NCBI RefSeq assembly: GCF_006345805.1
Contig: NC_043009.1
Location: forward strand, 22,320,001 to 22,384,000
Reading direction: 5' to 3'
DNA length: 64,000 nucleotides
Source of the DNA: Octopus sinensis
Taxonomy: Eukaryota
Shown: positions 38,872 through 50,312 of the stretch, in pieces
Layout: each line of letters begins with the position of its first letter
Position numbering within the stretch: position 1 is the stretch's first letter
Program-made: the position numbers and the translations under genes
The notes under the pieces: generated by a model
Seen by the model: the letters and a program-made list of their open reading frames with translations, nothing else
The model's database searches: none
What the model was told of the DNA's origin: nothing

Positions 38872-39706
38872 TTTAATTCTTATGCTTTCCTAAAAACTTG
38901 ATTTCGAAACGTACGTCCGTAGATAACTTAAAATTGTATGATAGATTGCCGTCAATTCATTCTCTCTTACCTGTTTGTGTCTGCCTTCCAATTGCTGTTT
39001 TTACTGAGATCTCCCTTTTTAGTAGAAGAAATAGCTATAACTCTTTGACTGCTATTTCTAAATTCGGTATGTGGTGAGGCAATTCGTTGCTAAACCCTTT
39101 ATTGCTTAGTATTACTTAAATTTTCCTCGAATGAGGCTTTTACATGCCGAAGACTACTTGGTGTAATTGATAATTATTCCAAATTAATTAATTTCACCCT
39201 TCATTATTACGGATAACCATATTTTATCTCAGTAGATGACCACAGCATCTTGTTTTGGCTACACGCGGGTGGGAAGGGGCTGGTGACACAATCTTTCCAT
39301 TCACACATTGAATTCGGTGATACTAGTTGTGGATTCTAGCTCGCTCTGATGCTGAGTTGAGTTGGTGCCTTCTAGTATCTCAAAATCCAATATATAATCA
39401 TTTATGATTATAGTATTCTACGCTGAAGAGAAAAGAAGTTTTTGGTAAGATAGAATTATTTAATATTTAATTCTTATGCTTTCCTAAAAACTTGATTTCG
39501 AAACGTACGTCCGTAGATAACTTAAAATTGTATGATAGATTGCCGTCAATTCATTCTCTCTTACCTGTTTGTGTCTGCCTTCCAATTGCTGTTTTTACTG
39601 AGATCTCCCTTTTTAGTAGAAGAAATAGCTATAACTCTTTGACTGCTATTTCTAAATTCGGTATGTGGTGAGGCAATTCGTTGCTAAACCCTTTATTGCT
39701 TAGTAT
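38872..39706 (+). mobile_element. Non-coding hammerhead-bearing retroelement (retrozyme / Penelope pLTR-like), ~1.4 tandem units of 594 nt
   Basis: Identical 241-bp direct repeats at 38872-39112 and 39466-39706, no long ORF, flanked by (TA)n; it splits a minus-strand SINE-A into tail (38635-38865) and head (39763-39926). Confidence 0.8.
39417..39517 (+). ncRNA. Type I hammerhead ribozyme
   Basis: Stem I TCTACG/CGTAGA; core CTGAAGA (39423-39429); 70-nt stem II (39430-39499); GAAA (39500-39503); palindromic minimal stem III ACGTACGT; GUC cleavage site after 39511. Confidence 0.85.
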
Positions 39707-40699
39707 ATATATATATATATATATATAAAAACATATACATATACACACACACACACATATGAAATGGGCTTCTTTCAGTTTCCATCTACCAAATCCACTC
39801 ACAAGGCTTTGCTTGGCCCATAGATATAGTAGAAGACACTTGCCCAAGGTGCCATGCAGTGGGACTGAACCTGGAACCATGCGGTTGGTAAGCAAGCTTC
39901 TTACCGCACAGCCACTCCTGTACCTGTATGTATATATATATATCTGGCACAGGCATGGAGGTGTGGTTAAGAAGTTTCCTTCCAAGCAAATACATATGTG
40001 TCTGCCTGGATATTGTGTATACACACACACACACACACACGCACTTCTACAGAAACATAAAACAAGCTAACAAATCATATTCACACATAGACACACATAC
40101 ACATACAAAGAGGCAATGCATTCACAAATGAACATGTATTCACTTGCATACCAACACAATATGGCAGCAATATACATAATATACATACATGTATATTGTA
40201 CATACACACACACATCGAACATATACATATACACAAAGTAGCAACCCATGCACATATAAGCACACGCAGAAACACACACATACTCAAACATGCGCACATA
40301 TAAACATGCACATTCCCAAACATGTACACGCATACACACGCACAGAGATATATAACAAAGTAACAACTCATACAAATACACGCACAGTCACACATATATG
40401 TTTGTGAGTGTATATATGTATATATATGCTTCTGGTGAGGAACCTAGAATAAAAAAAATGAAAACAATAGAATTTGATAAAATAAAAGAGAAATTCCAAA
40501 TGGGAAATGTTAACATTGCAAGATTAACTACTCACACACATGCACAAACATGCGCATGCATGCACACACACACATACACACTACATACACGTACACACAC
40601 ACAGACAAGAGAACATGGAAAATTCTTCACATGTAAGCTAACAGCTATACTTTATTCCCTCTTCAAACCCCAGTTGTTGTTGAGATATTTGTAGTTACA

Positions 40700-40960
40700 A
40701 TGGTGATTGTGATGATGATGACGGTGATGATGGTGATGATGACAGAGGCAACATTGTTGTGATGATGATGATGATGATGATGTGAGTGGCGACAGGTTCA
40801 TGGTGACGATGCTAATGATAATGGTGTTGATGGTGCACCCCCACCCCGTTATACTGCTGTTGATGATGATGATGACAATGATGTTGCTGATGCTGATGGT
40901 GGTGGAAGTGGTGATGATGATGATGATGATGATGACAATGATGATAGCATTGCTATAAAT
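40700..40960. repeat. Degenerate (ATG)n / (GTG)n trinucleotide microsatellite
   Basis: Directly visible. Confidence 0.9.
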
Positions 40961-41294
40961 GATGATAGCATTGTTATAAATGATTGTGGTGGCTGACAGT
41001 AGTATTACGCCAGCAATGATGATGATAAATCTGTGATGATGGTGGTGGCAGTGGTGGAGGTGGGCAAGTGTTATAGGCGTATAATGTGAAGCATTTCAAA
41101 AGTGCCACCACTACCACCACAGCCACCGCCGCCGCCACCTTTGCCAAACTGCACACCCATCCAGTCTGGCACTGAAGCTAGCAACACAAGCATCAATTGG
41201 CAATGGTACCATCACAACCTGACATCACTTTTATCAAGAGAATAACTAACATAATAATAATATATGATAATGATAATAATAATGATACTTTGAA

Positions 41295-41672
41295 ATTTTG
41301 ACACAGGGCCAGCAATTTTGAGGGGAGGTAGCAGTTGATTACATTGACCCCAGTACTTGACTGGTATTTATTTCATCGACCCCCAAAAGATGAAAGGCAA
41401 AGTCGACCTTGGTGGAATTTGAAATCACATTGTAAAGCCAGAAGAAATGCTTCTAACCATTTTGTCCAGCATGCTAACCATTCTGCCAGCTAGGCACACG
41501 GCCTGAAATTTTGGGGGTGGGGACTAGTCGATTACATCGACCCCACTACTCAACCCTGAAAGGATAAAAGGCAAAGTCAACTTCGGTGGAATTTGAACTT
41601 GGAATGTAGCGGCAGATGAAATACTGCTCAGCATTTCACCAGGCATGCTAACTATTCTGCCAGCTCGCCACC

Positions 41673-41728
<56 letters not shown>

Positions 41729-41965
41729 TTATTTATTTATTTATTTATTGCCCACAAGGGGCTAAACATAGAGGGGACAAGCAAGGACAAAGGGAATAAG
41801 TTGATTACATTGATACCAGTGTGTAACTGGTACTTATTTAACTGACTCCAAAAGGATGAAAGGTAAAGTCGACCTTGGCAGAATTTGAACTCAGAACATA
41901 ACGGCAGACGAAATACCACTAAGCATTTCACCCGGTGTGTTAATGATTCTGTCAGCTCATTGCCC
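41295..41965 (-). mobile_element. Array of 3 SINE family B copies with (AAT)n spacer
   Basis: Same core sequence as 26349-27420. Confidence 0.8.
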
Positions 41966-44021
41966 TAACAATAATAATAATGATGATGATGATGATGATT
42001 TCATTTATTTGCCACCAGGGCAAACGATAAGGGGGACAATACAAAACAGACATATAGTGTGTGTGTGTGTGGTTACATATAATGGAATTAAATAAATAAA
42101 TAAATGAAAAAGTATACATGGTATACAACGAAAAGGAAGGGAAATAAACATAGTATACAAAGGTTAACAAAAACAAAGTTGGGGGATGATAGCAATGTTG
42201 TCCTGATATAGGCTGACCTCAAGGGATAATGAAGAAATCCCACTGTCCAAGATCTTGAACACCAAGTGCAAGTGCTCTCTCCAATTCCCTTTCTACGACT
42301 CACAAGTCTACTCTTAGAGAGCTCCAATCCACTCTTGCCATTTAATAATAATTGTCCTGACGCAATACTGGGCAGTGGCTCTCGTGGCTTCTGATCTTAA
42401 CTGATAGGAAGTGTTATTATCATGGACATGTTTTGTCTTGGTGTAAAGGATGGGCTACAGCAAATATTCTGTTCAATACCACAGATTTGCTTATCAGTTG
42501 CTTGACCTCAAACAGTTGAGCATGTCCCTTAATGGCTGACAATATGTGCATCTCTGATCATGAGCAGGGGGAGTGAGGGAGCATCATAGCCATGTTTTCG
42601 GAGGGATTTTTTGAAACTTGAATGATTCACCTCTGGAAACATGGGTATTTTGTTAACCATCCTTAAACAACCCTTATTCAAGGACCTTTTGAGGGGGAAG
42701 GGTTACCCAATCTGACAAAAATTCCAACTGGGCCTCATCTACAAGGCCATGCAATGTTTATCTTGATACAAGGTCACCATGTTGACTGTTACTTTATTTT
42801 TTTTAACCCCAAGAAGATGAATGACAGAGTTGATTATGGCAGGATTTGAACTCACAACATAAAGGATTAGAACAAATACTGCAAAGTACAGACAAGGCTG
42901 TGTGGGTAAGAAGTTTGCTTACCAACCATGTAGTTTCAGGTCCAGTCCTGCTGCATGGTACTTTGGGTAAGTGTTTTCTATAGTCCCAAGCCTGATAAGT
43001 GTATGCAGGTGTGTATCTCCTTGTCTTGAAATCATATGTTAGGTGCAAGTGCCACTGTCACACAGGTAGTGTTGTTTGTTTCCAGTCTCCTGTGAAAACA
43101 TATTCAGCTGAAGGGAAACATTATATCCCTTGGAAATATGCGAGGGTTGGTGACAGGAAGGGCACCTGGCTATTGAAAATCTGCTTCAATGAACTCCACC
43201 TGATCCATACAAGGATGGAAAAGAGAATATTAAATCAATGACGATGATGATGATCTTGAGTTAACAGAGCCTTGCTAAGGAAAATAATGCATAAAGTACC
43301 TGAAAAAATGGCCTAAATATGAATCAGCCACCACAGTCATTTATAACAACGATATTACCACGACCATCATCATCATCATCATTATCAATATTGTTCCAAT
43401 GCTACTACCACAACATCCATCACTCATTCATGGAAAGAAGAGAGGTGTGGAGGACAAGCCCTAGACATGCTGGGGATTATAGAATGATGGACAGAATGAG
43501 CTCTGTCTATGAATGTCATGATGCTGAGTCCATATTACTCGGTAGGGAACACAGGGCCAGTTTCACAGTTTCTCTAGCGTACATATTCCTTCCTGGATGG
43601 GACACCAGTCCATTGCAGGATTACTCACTTTTACTAACTGAGTGGACTGGAATAACATGAAATGAAGGGTTTTGTTCAGAACACAATGTATTTCCTGGTA
43701 CAGAAATTGAAACCACCATCTTACAATCATAAATCCAACACCTGAACCACTAAGCTATGTGCCTTTACAATGTTATAATAGTAAAGAGCCCCTTTGGTCA
43801 GGAATGACCATGGGATGCATCTAGAAAGTTCCATTCAGAGGTATAAGTCAAGGTAAGGTTGTTTATGGAAGACCAGTAGTTGCCCATGCATACCAGCCTC
43901 CCCTATCCACACCACTGATGTTATCCAAGGGAAAGGCAAAGGTCAATACAGTTTGGCACGAGTGACATTGCAACTCATTTCTACAGCTGAGTGAACTGGA
44001 GCAATGTGAAATAAAGCATCT

Positions 44022-44249
44022 AATTTCTTTATTGCCCTCAAGGGGCTAAACATAGAGGAGACAAAGAAGGACAGACAAAGAGATTAAGTTGATTACATCG
44101 CCCCCAGTGCGTAACTGGTACTTAATTTATCGACCCCGAAAGGATGAAAAGCAAAGTCAACCTCGGCGGAATTTGAACTCAGAATGTTACGGCAGATGAA
44201 ATACCGCTAAGCATTTCGCCCAGCGTGCTAACGATTCTGCCAGCTCGCC
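44022..44249 (-). mobile_element. SINE family B copy with a 9-bp TSD, nested in another repeat
   Basis: AAAGCATCT occurs at 44013-44021 and 44250-44258; the host repeat continues on both sides. Confidence 0.85.
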
Positions 44250-45887
44250 AAAGCATCTTGCTCAAGAACACAACACACAGCCTGGTCTAGGAACTGAACT
44301 CACAACTTCAAGATTGTGAGCCTGATGCTCTAACCACTGAGCCATGCACTTTCACAATGTCACAATAGGGTAATCTAAGAGGAAACAACTGAACCAAGAG
44401 ATGACAATCAGATGGAACCCACAGACAGTTGTTTTGTGTGAGACACCAGGATGGAAGCATCATGTGGTGCGTTCATCAGAGTGGAGATGTTGCAGGTTTA
44501 TACCGAGATCCACAATGTTATATTGTTCTGTCCAGCTGGCATTTGACTTAAGAAAGATAACAGAGCAGTGATTCATGAGGCAAAAGAAGGAGGCAGATAA
44601 TGCTTCATGATACATATGACGACAAAGGTATTATATAAGAAAGACCAAAGCTGAAAGTAAAGAATGAAAAAAGCCCCAGAGTGAATAGCAGAGAAGAACA
44701 GTTGCTATGTGGTTTGAATGGTAACAGCTGCACCCATCTTGGTGTGGTGGATGTAAAGTTTGCTCGCTCGTTCATTGACACCAGATAGAGATTGTCTTGT
44801 CCCCGACAAGCAAGACTAAAATCTGAGTGAGTGCCACGTTCTAGACTAGATTCAATAAGGGGGAAGACAGAGGAACACAAAAGCAAAAATTTATGAAACA
44901 TATTGTATGTTATGTGTCAGTAGCAGAAAAGAGAACCATTACCATTATCACTTGCAGTTAAGTAGCTGCATGGCCAATATATGTGTGTGTGTGCACATGT
45001 ATGTATATATACTTATGTATATATGTATGTATGCATGTGTGTGTGTGCATGTATATGTGCACACATACATACATTTTTCAACAAGTGAAAAAAAACCATT
45101 AACAATTGTTGCAAGAGAAAATACAAAAACAATAAAAAATAAGTCTTTGATACAACAATAAAGAAACAATGAAAAAAAAAACTAACACAATCTGTCCCAA
45201 CATATCACACACACACACATTGTTGTAAGACTAACACAATAACAATATGAAATAACAGTGTGGCAATTACAACAAACATTTGGCTCCTTGGTGGAGCAAC
45301 AACAATAATAATAATAGGAAGAAAAAGGAGAAATGAAGGAAGGAAAGTAAGAAGACAATAAGAATGAGAGAGGGAGAAAGAAAGGGTAAAAGAAAGAGAG
45401 AGAAAGAAACGAACTGATGTTATAAGAATATAAGAGAAATGTCTAAAAGAAACAAGTAGTTAAGAGAGTTGTTGCAAGATTCTATAAATGGAATTTGTGG
45501 AATAAACTGGCAACTTTCTAACAGACATGTTACCCTCTCTTTCTCTTTGGCAGATGAAATAATAACCAACTGTATTCAATGGAAGCCAGATTAACTTGGA
45601 TACAAACAAAACCTTCATCTATCAAAGAGCCAACAGCAAAGCTTAGACTAAACCACATACTATAGGATGAACCATGTTGTTGCTTGACTTGCTAGAAATA
45701 GTAACCAAATGAGCACTGGCATAAGAAGTTTGCCATTGCAATCTCAAGAATTTTGGTGGGGGGTATACATCAAACTCAATGTGTGGCATCTTGAGCAAGT
45801 TGTATTTTATTATTGGTCTTGGGCCAACATGGTTTTTGAGTGGAATTTTGTTAGGAACTGTGTAGAAGCCCTTGTTTTATATATTAA

Positions 45888-46295
45888 CTAGCAGCTAAGC
45901 CCGGTTTCACCTGGTCTGTTTGGATAATGTGGCTGTGTTCATTTTTGGTTAGGCATAATCTATAAGAGTGTTTCTCAACCTTATCATTTTGGGTCCCCTG
46001 TTTCAATTGGAGCCTCCAGCTGTATGAAAATTTCCTGACCCCACCCCATCAGAGAACAGCTTCTAAGCAACTAGTTGTTTTAATGGCGGAAGAAAGGGGG
46101 ATTCCATTAGAAAAAGATTTCATCGATTTTCTCGGTAAGTATGGGGGCTAGGGAAAAACTACAAACCGCATTCCAATCTATGCACCCATCTCAACATGTG
46201 GGCCTTTTTTCATGTGAATCCACACAGCCATTTGGCTGTGAACCTCAAGACAAGAAAGAATACAACGATCACCTATGTCCAATTTATATTACAGA
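45888..46295 (-). mobile_element. Complete non-autonomous Helitron
   Basis: Minus strand reads A|TCTGTAATATAAAT ... hairpin (ACCAGGTGAAACCGGGC) ... CTAG|T, i.e. TC start, CTAG end and an AT target site. Confidence 0.7.
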
Positions 46296-46522
46296 TAACA
46301 TCATTTTAACCCCCATTTTCTCATGATAGCCCAAGGTGACTACATGGCTGTGGAGCAAAGTTTTTAATATCACACAACCACTGCATTCACCTATATATCA
46401 TCATCATAGATGCAGGTGTGACTGAGTGGTAAAAAGTTTGCTAACCAACTACAAGGTTCCGGGTTTCCACTGACAGGGCTTTCACTAGCCAGGGGCTACA
46501 GTAGAAGTTTATATATATATAT

Positions 46523-46736
46523 ATATAATATTAATTAGAGACAAAACCACTATTATGCAAATCAAACAAAGAAAGACTTAATCCAATACATAAAAAATTT
46601 TATATAAATTAAATATAATTAAGATATGTGGATATCTTAATTATATTTAATTTATATAAAATTTTTTATGTATTGGATTAAGTCTTTCTTTGTTTGATTT
46701 GCATAATAGTGGTTTTGTCTCTAATTAATATTATAT
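46523..46736. repeat. Perfect palindrome: 105-bp arms, 4-nt loop GTGG
   Basis: 46523-46627 is the exact reverse complement of 46632-46736; it lies between (TA)n tracts. Confidence 0.95.
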
Positions 46737-46817
46737 TATATTTTACTATAAAATTGGATTCAATCCTAAATCTGATTTTTCCCTGTAAATTTGGATTTAT
46801 TCCCTAATATTTATTAT

Positions 46818-46860
<43 letters not shown>

Positions 46861-47474
46861 TGTTCCAACTATATTCAACTGTTACATGAAAGCGAATAGG
46901 GGTCAGATGGGGAGGAAGATGGAGATGATGACAGGTTTTTCTACAAGAGGTAAAAGAACAAAGCTTATATGTCATATATTGAGAAGACAAAATGTTAATA
47001 ATAACTCTAATTTGACACAAAGCCAGTCATTTTCAAGAGCAGAAGGTTAGACAATAATATCAACACTATTATTTCACTGGCATTTTAGTTTACTGCCCCC
47101 CCCCACTCCACCTCTTCGGAGGGACAAAAGGCAAAATTAATGACAGTGAGATTTGAACTCAGGGCTAATGACTCAGAGCAAATACCACAAGGCATTCCAC
47201 TAGCTGCTTTACCAATTCTATCAGCCTTAACCCTTTTGATACCAATCCACCTGAAACTGCCTCTGGTTCGATGACACAAATTTATTTTTTTAAAGTGATC
47301 TAAATTATAATCATCCATTCTTCCATCAAAATTTTACGCTAATTTGTTCCAGACACAAACTTAATAATGACAAAGTTATTTTACTAAATTATTCATTATT
47401 TAAAAATTAATTGAAACAAAAGCAATATCTTTCAACAGAAATATGGTAATGATGATGATAATAATAATAATAAC

Positions 47475-48107
47475 AACCCTTTCAACTAAAGGCACAAGGC
47501 CTGAAATTTTGGGGGAAGAGACTAGTTGATTACATCAACCCCAGTGTTTCACTGGTACATAATTTATTGACTCCGAAAGGATGAAAGGCAAAGCTGATCT
47601 CAGCGAAATTGAACTCAGAACATAGCGATGGGTGAAATATCGCTAAGCATTTCATCCAGTGTGCTAACGATTCTGCCAGCTCGTCACTTTAATAATGATA
47701 ATAATAATCTTTTCTGCTATAGGCACAAAGCCTGACATTTTGGGAGAGGGGGCCAGTTGATTAGATTGACCCCAGTATGCAACTGGTACTTAATTTATCA
47801 ACCCCAAAATGATGAAAGGCAAAGTCAACCTCAGTGGAATTTGAACTCAGAACATAGCAATGGGTGAGATACAGCTAAGCATTTCGTCCAGCAAGCTTAC
47901 GATTCTGCCAGCTCACCGCCTTAATAATAATGGTTTCAAATTTTTCCACAAGGGCAGCCACTTTGGAGAAAGGGATGTGTTCAAGTAGCGCTTAATTTAT
48001 CGGCCTTGAAAAGATGAAAGAGGAATTTGAACTCAGAACATAGCGATGGGAGAAATACCACTAAGAATTTTGTCCAGCATGCTAATGATTCTGCCAGTTT
48101 GCCGCCT
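47475..48107 (-). mobile_element. Array of 3 SINE family B copies
   Basis: Same core sequence, with (AAT)n spacers. Confidence 0.8.
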
Positions 48108-48188
48108 TAACAACAACAACAACAACAATTATTATACACCCAATAATTATCTTCTAAGGGAGTGGTATCGACAATGAAAGGAACCTAC

Positions 48189-48399
48189 CTTCAAGTTGCT
48201 GTGTTCTTGTGTGAAATTGTAAGCTTCTTGATACTGCATTTTCTGGAGGTATTGATGGATAACACGCTGAGCCAGCAAGAGTCCGTTCTGTTTTTCCATG
48301 GCCAAGAGACTGATGTGAGCAGCTGTACGCATACATACATGATCTGTACGTTTGGTAAGGCATCGACTTGCATCTTGCACCTGCTTTATTGCAAGGTAG
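48189..48399 (-). CDS. GEMIN5: GEMIN5 exon, TPR-like dimerisation domain
   Basis: (C)YLAIKQVQDASRCLTKRTDHVCMRTAAHISLL...QEAYNFTQEHSNLK aligns by eye with human GEMIN5 [30 protein letters not shown]...AQEALQLHESLQ (recalled). 211 nt, phase 2 to 0. Confidence 0.9.
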
Positions 48400-48514
48400 C
48401 TGTTTCGAAAACAAAACAAAAAAAAATTCTTTATTAATTACACAAAAGCCAACAAAAAGGTTGAGGACAGTACAAAATGACAGAGTGTAGAGTTACATGA
48501 AAGAAATACATATA

Positions 48515-48900
48515 GGCGTAGGAGTGGCTGTGAGGTAAGTAGCTTGCTTACCAACCACATGGCTCCGGGTTCAGTCCTACTGCATGGCACCTTGGGCAGG
48601 TGTCTTCCACTATAGCCTTGGGCTGATCAAAGCCTTGTGAATGGATTTGGAAGATGGAAATTGAAAGAAGTCCGTTGTATATATGTATATATATATATAT
48701 ATGTATGTGTGTCTGTGTTTGTCCTCCCAACATTGCTTGACAACTGATGCTGGTGTGTTAACGTCCCTGTAACTTAGCGGTTCGGCAAAAAAGACCGATA
48801 GAATAAGTACTAGGCTTACAAAGAATAAGTCCTGGGGTCGATTTGCTCGACTAAAGGCAGTGCTCCAGCATGGCCACAGTCAAAAGAGTAAAAGAGTAAA
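48515..48900 (+). mobile_element. SINE family A, full-length copy
   Basis: Near-identical to 22214-22619 and 31010-31383. Confidence 0.85.
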
Positions 48901-50312
48901 CAGTGTGGTTGCATGTTAAGAAGTTATGGGGACGTAAACACACGAACACCGGTTGTGAGGGGACAAAAACAGACATAAATACACTCACATCCATAATGGG
49001 CTACTTTCATTTTCCATCTACCAAATCCACTCACAAGGTTTTAGTTGACCTGAGGCTATAGTAGAAGAGATTTGCTCAAGGTTCCATGCAGTGGGACTGA
49101 ACCTGGGACAATGTGGTCGGGAAGCAAACTTCTTAACCACATAAGACCCCGCTTTGGTCATGAATGACCATGGGATTGCACATAGAATTTTCCCTTCCGT
49201 TATACAAATCTGGTCAAGGTTGTTTTTATGAAAGACCAACAGTCACCCATGCATACCAGCCTCCCCTCTCCATATCACCAATGTTATCCAAGGGAAAGGC
49301 AAAGGCTGATACAGCTTGGCACAAATGGTGTCGTAACTTATTTCCACAAGATTGTAAGCCTGATGTCGTAACCACTGAGCCATTTATTACAAGTTAAACC
49401 TATGAAATATTTTACATATTTTCACAACAGCTTCATTTGTAGTTGAAATATTTTTAATTTGCCATTTTCTTTCTGGTTCCATTTTTAAGCTCAGCATTTC
49501 AAGATTGGTAGTGAGGAAGCTGCCTACATAACTGGGATCTCCAATAATTATAAGAATAAATTTTATGCTATAGTCTGGGTGGAGTAATTTCAAATTCCTC
49601 ATTAGTTAATACTTATGTATGTAGGTATGTATGATAAGATGTCTGTGTGTGTCTATCGTTATCTTTTATCTTTCATTTGTTTCAGTTATTGGAATGTGGC
49701 CATGCTGGGGCACTGCCTTGAAGTGTTTATTCAAACAAACTGACTCCAGTATCTACTTTTACCTATTGGTAGGTACTTATTGTATGAGTAGGCCATTTTG
49801 GATTTAGCCCTACTGTGCGGTGCCTTGGGCAAGTGTCTTCTTTGATAGCCTTAGGCAGACCAATGCTTTGAGAGTTAATTTGATAAACAGAAACTGTGAA
49901 GAATCCTATCATGTACATCTATATATGTGTGTGTTTGTCCCCATCATCACACACACACTGTTGGTTTGTTTACATTCCTGTAACTTAGGGATTCAATAAA
50001 AAGAGACTGATAGATCAAGTACTGAGGTTGACTTGTTTGACCAAACCCTTCAAAGTGATTCTCCAGCATGGCTACAGTTCATTGACTGTGGCCATGCTGG
50101 GGCACCACCTTGAAGGGTTTTAGTCAAAGAAATCAACCCCAGGACTTATTCATTATAAGCACAGTACTTATTCTATCAATCTTTTTTGCTGAGCCACTAC
50201 GTTATAGGGACATAAATATACCAACACTGGTTGCCAAGTGATGGCGGGGTGACAAACACACACATAAATACATACATACACACACACACACATTATATAT
50301 ATATATATATAT

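Noticed and set aside
39928-40694. ORFs rich in C/V/Y/H/T
   Set aside because: Translations of (CA)n/(TA)n microsatellite-derived sequence; the same applies to similar ORFs at ~3.5k, 45k, 55k, 61.7k and 63.5k.
43319-44901. Possible nested gene (ORFs 43319-43660 + and 44605-44901 -)
   Set aside because: No recognisable domains, partial overlap with SINE sequence, and no consistent multi-exon frame.
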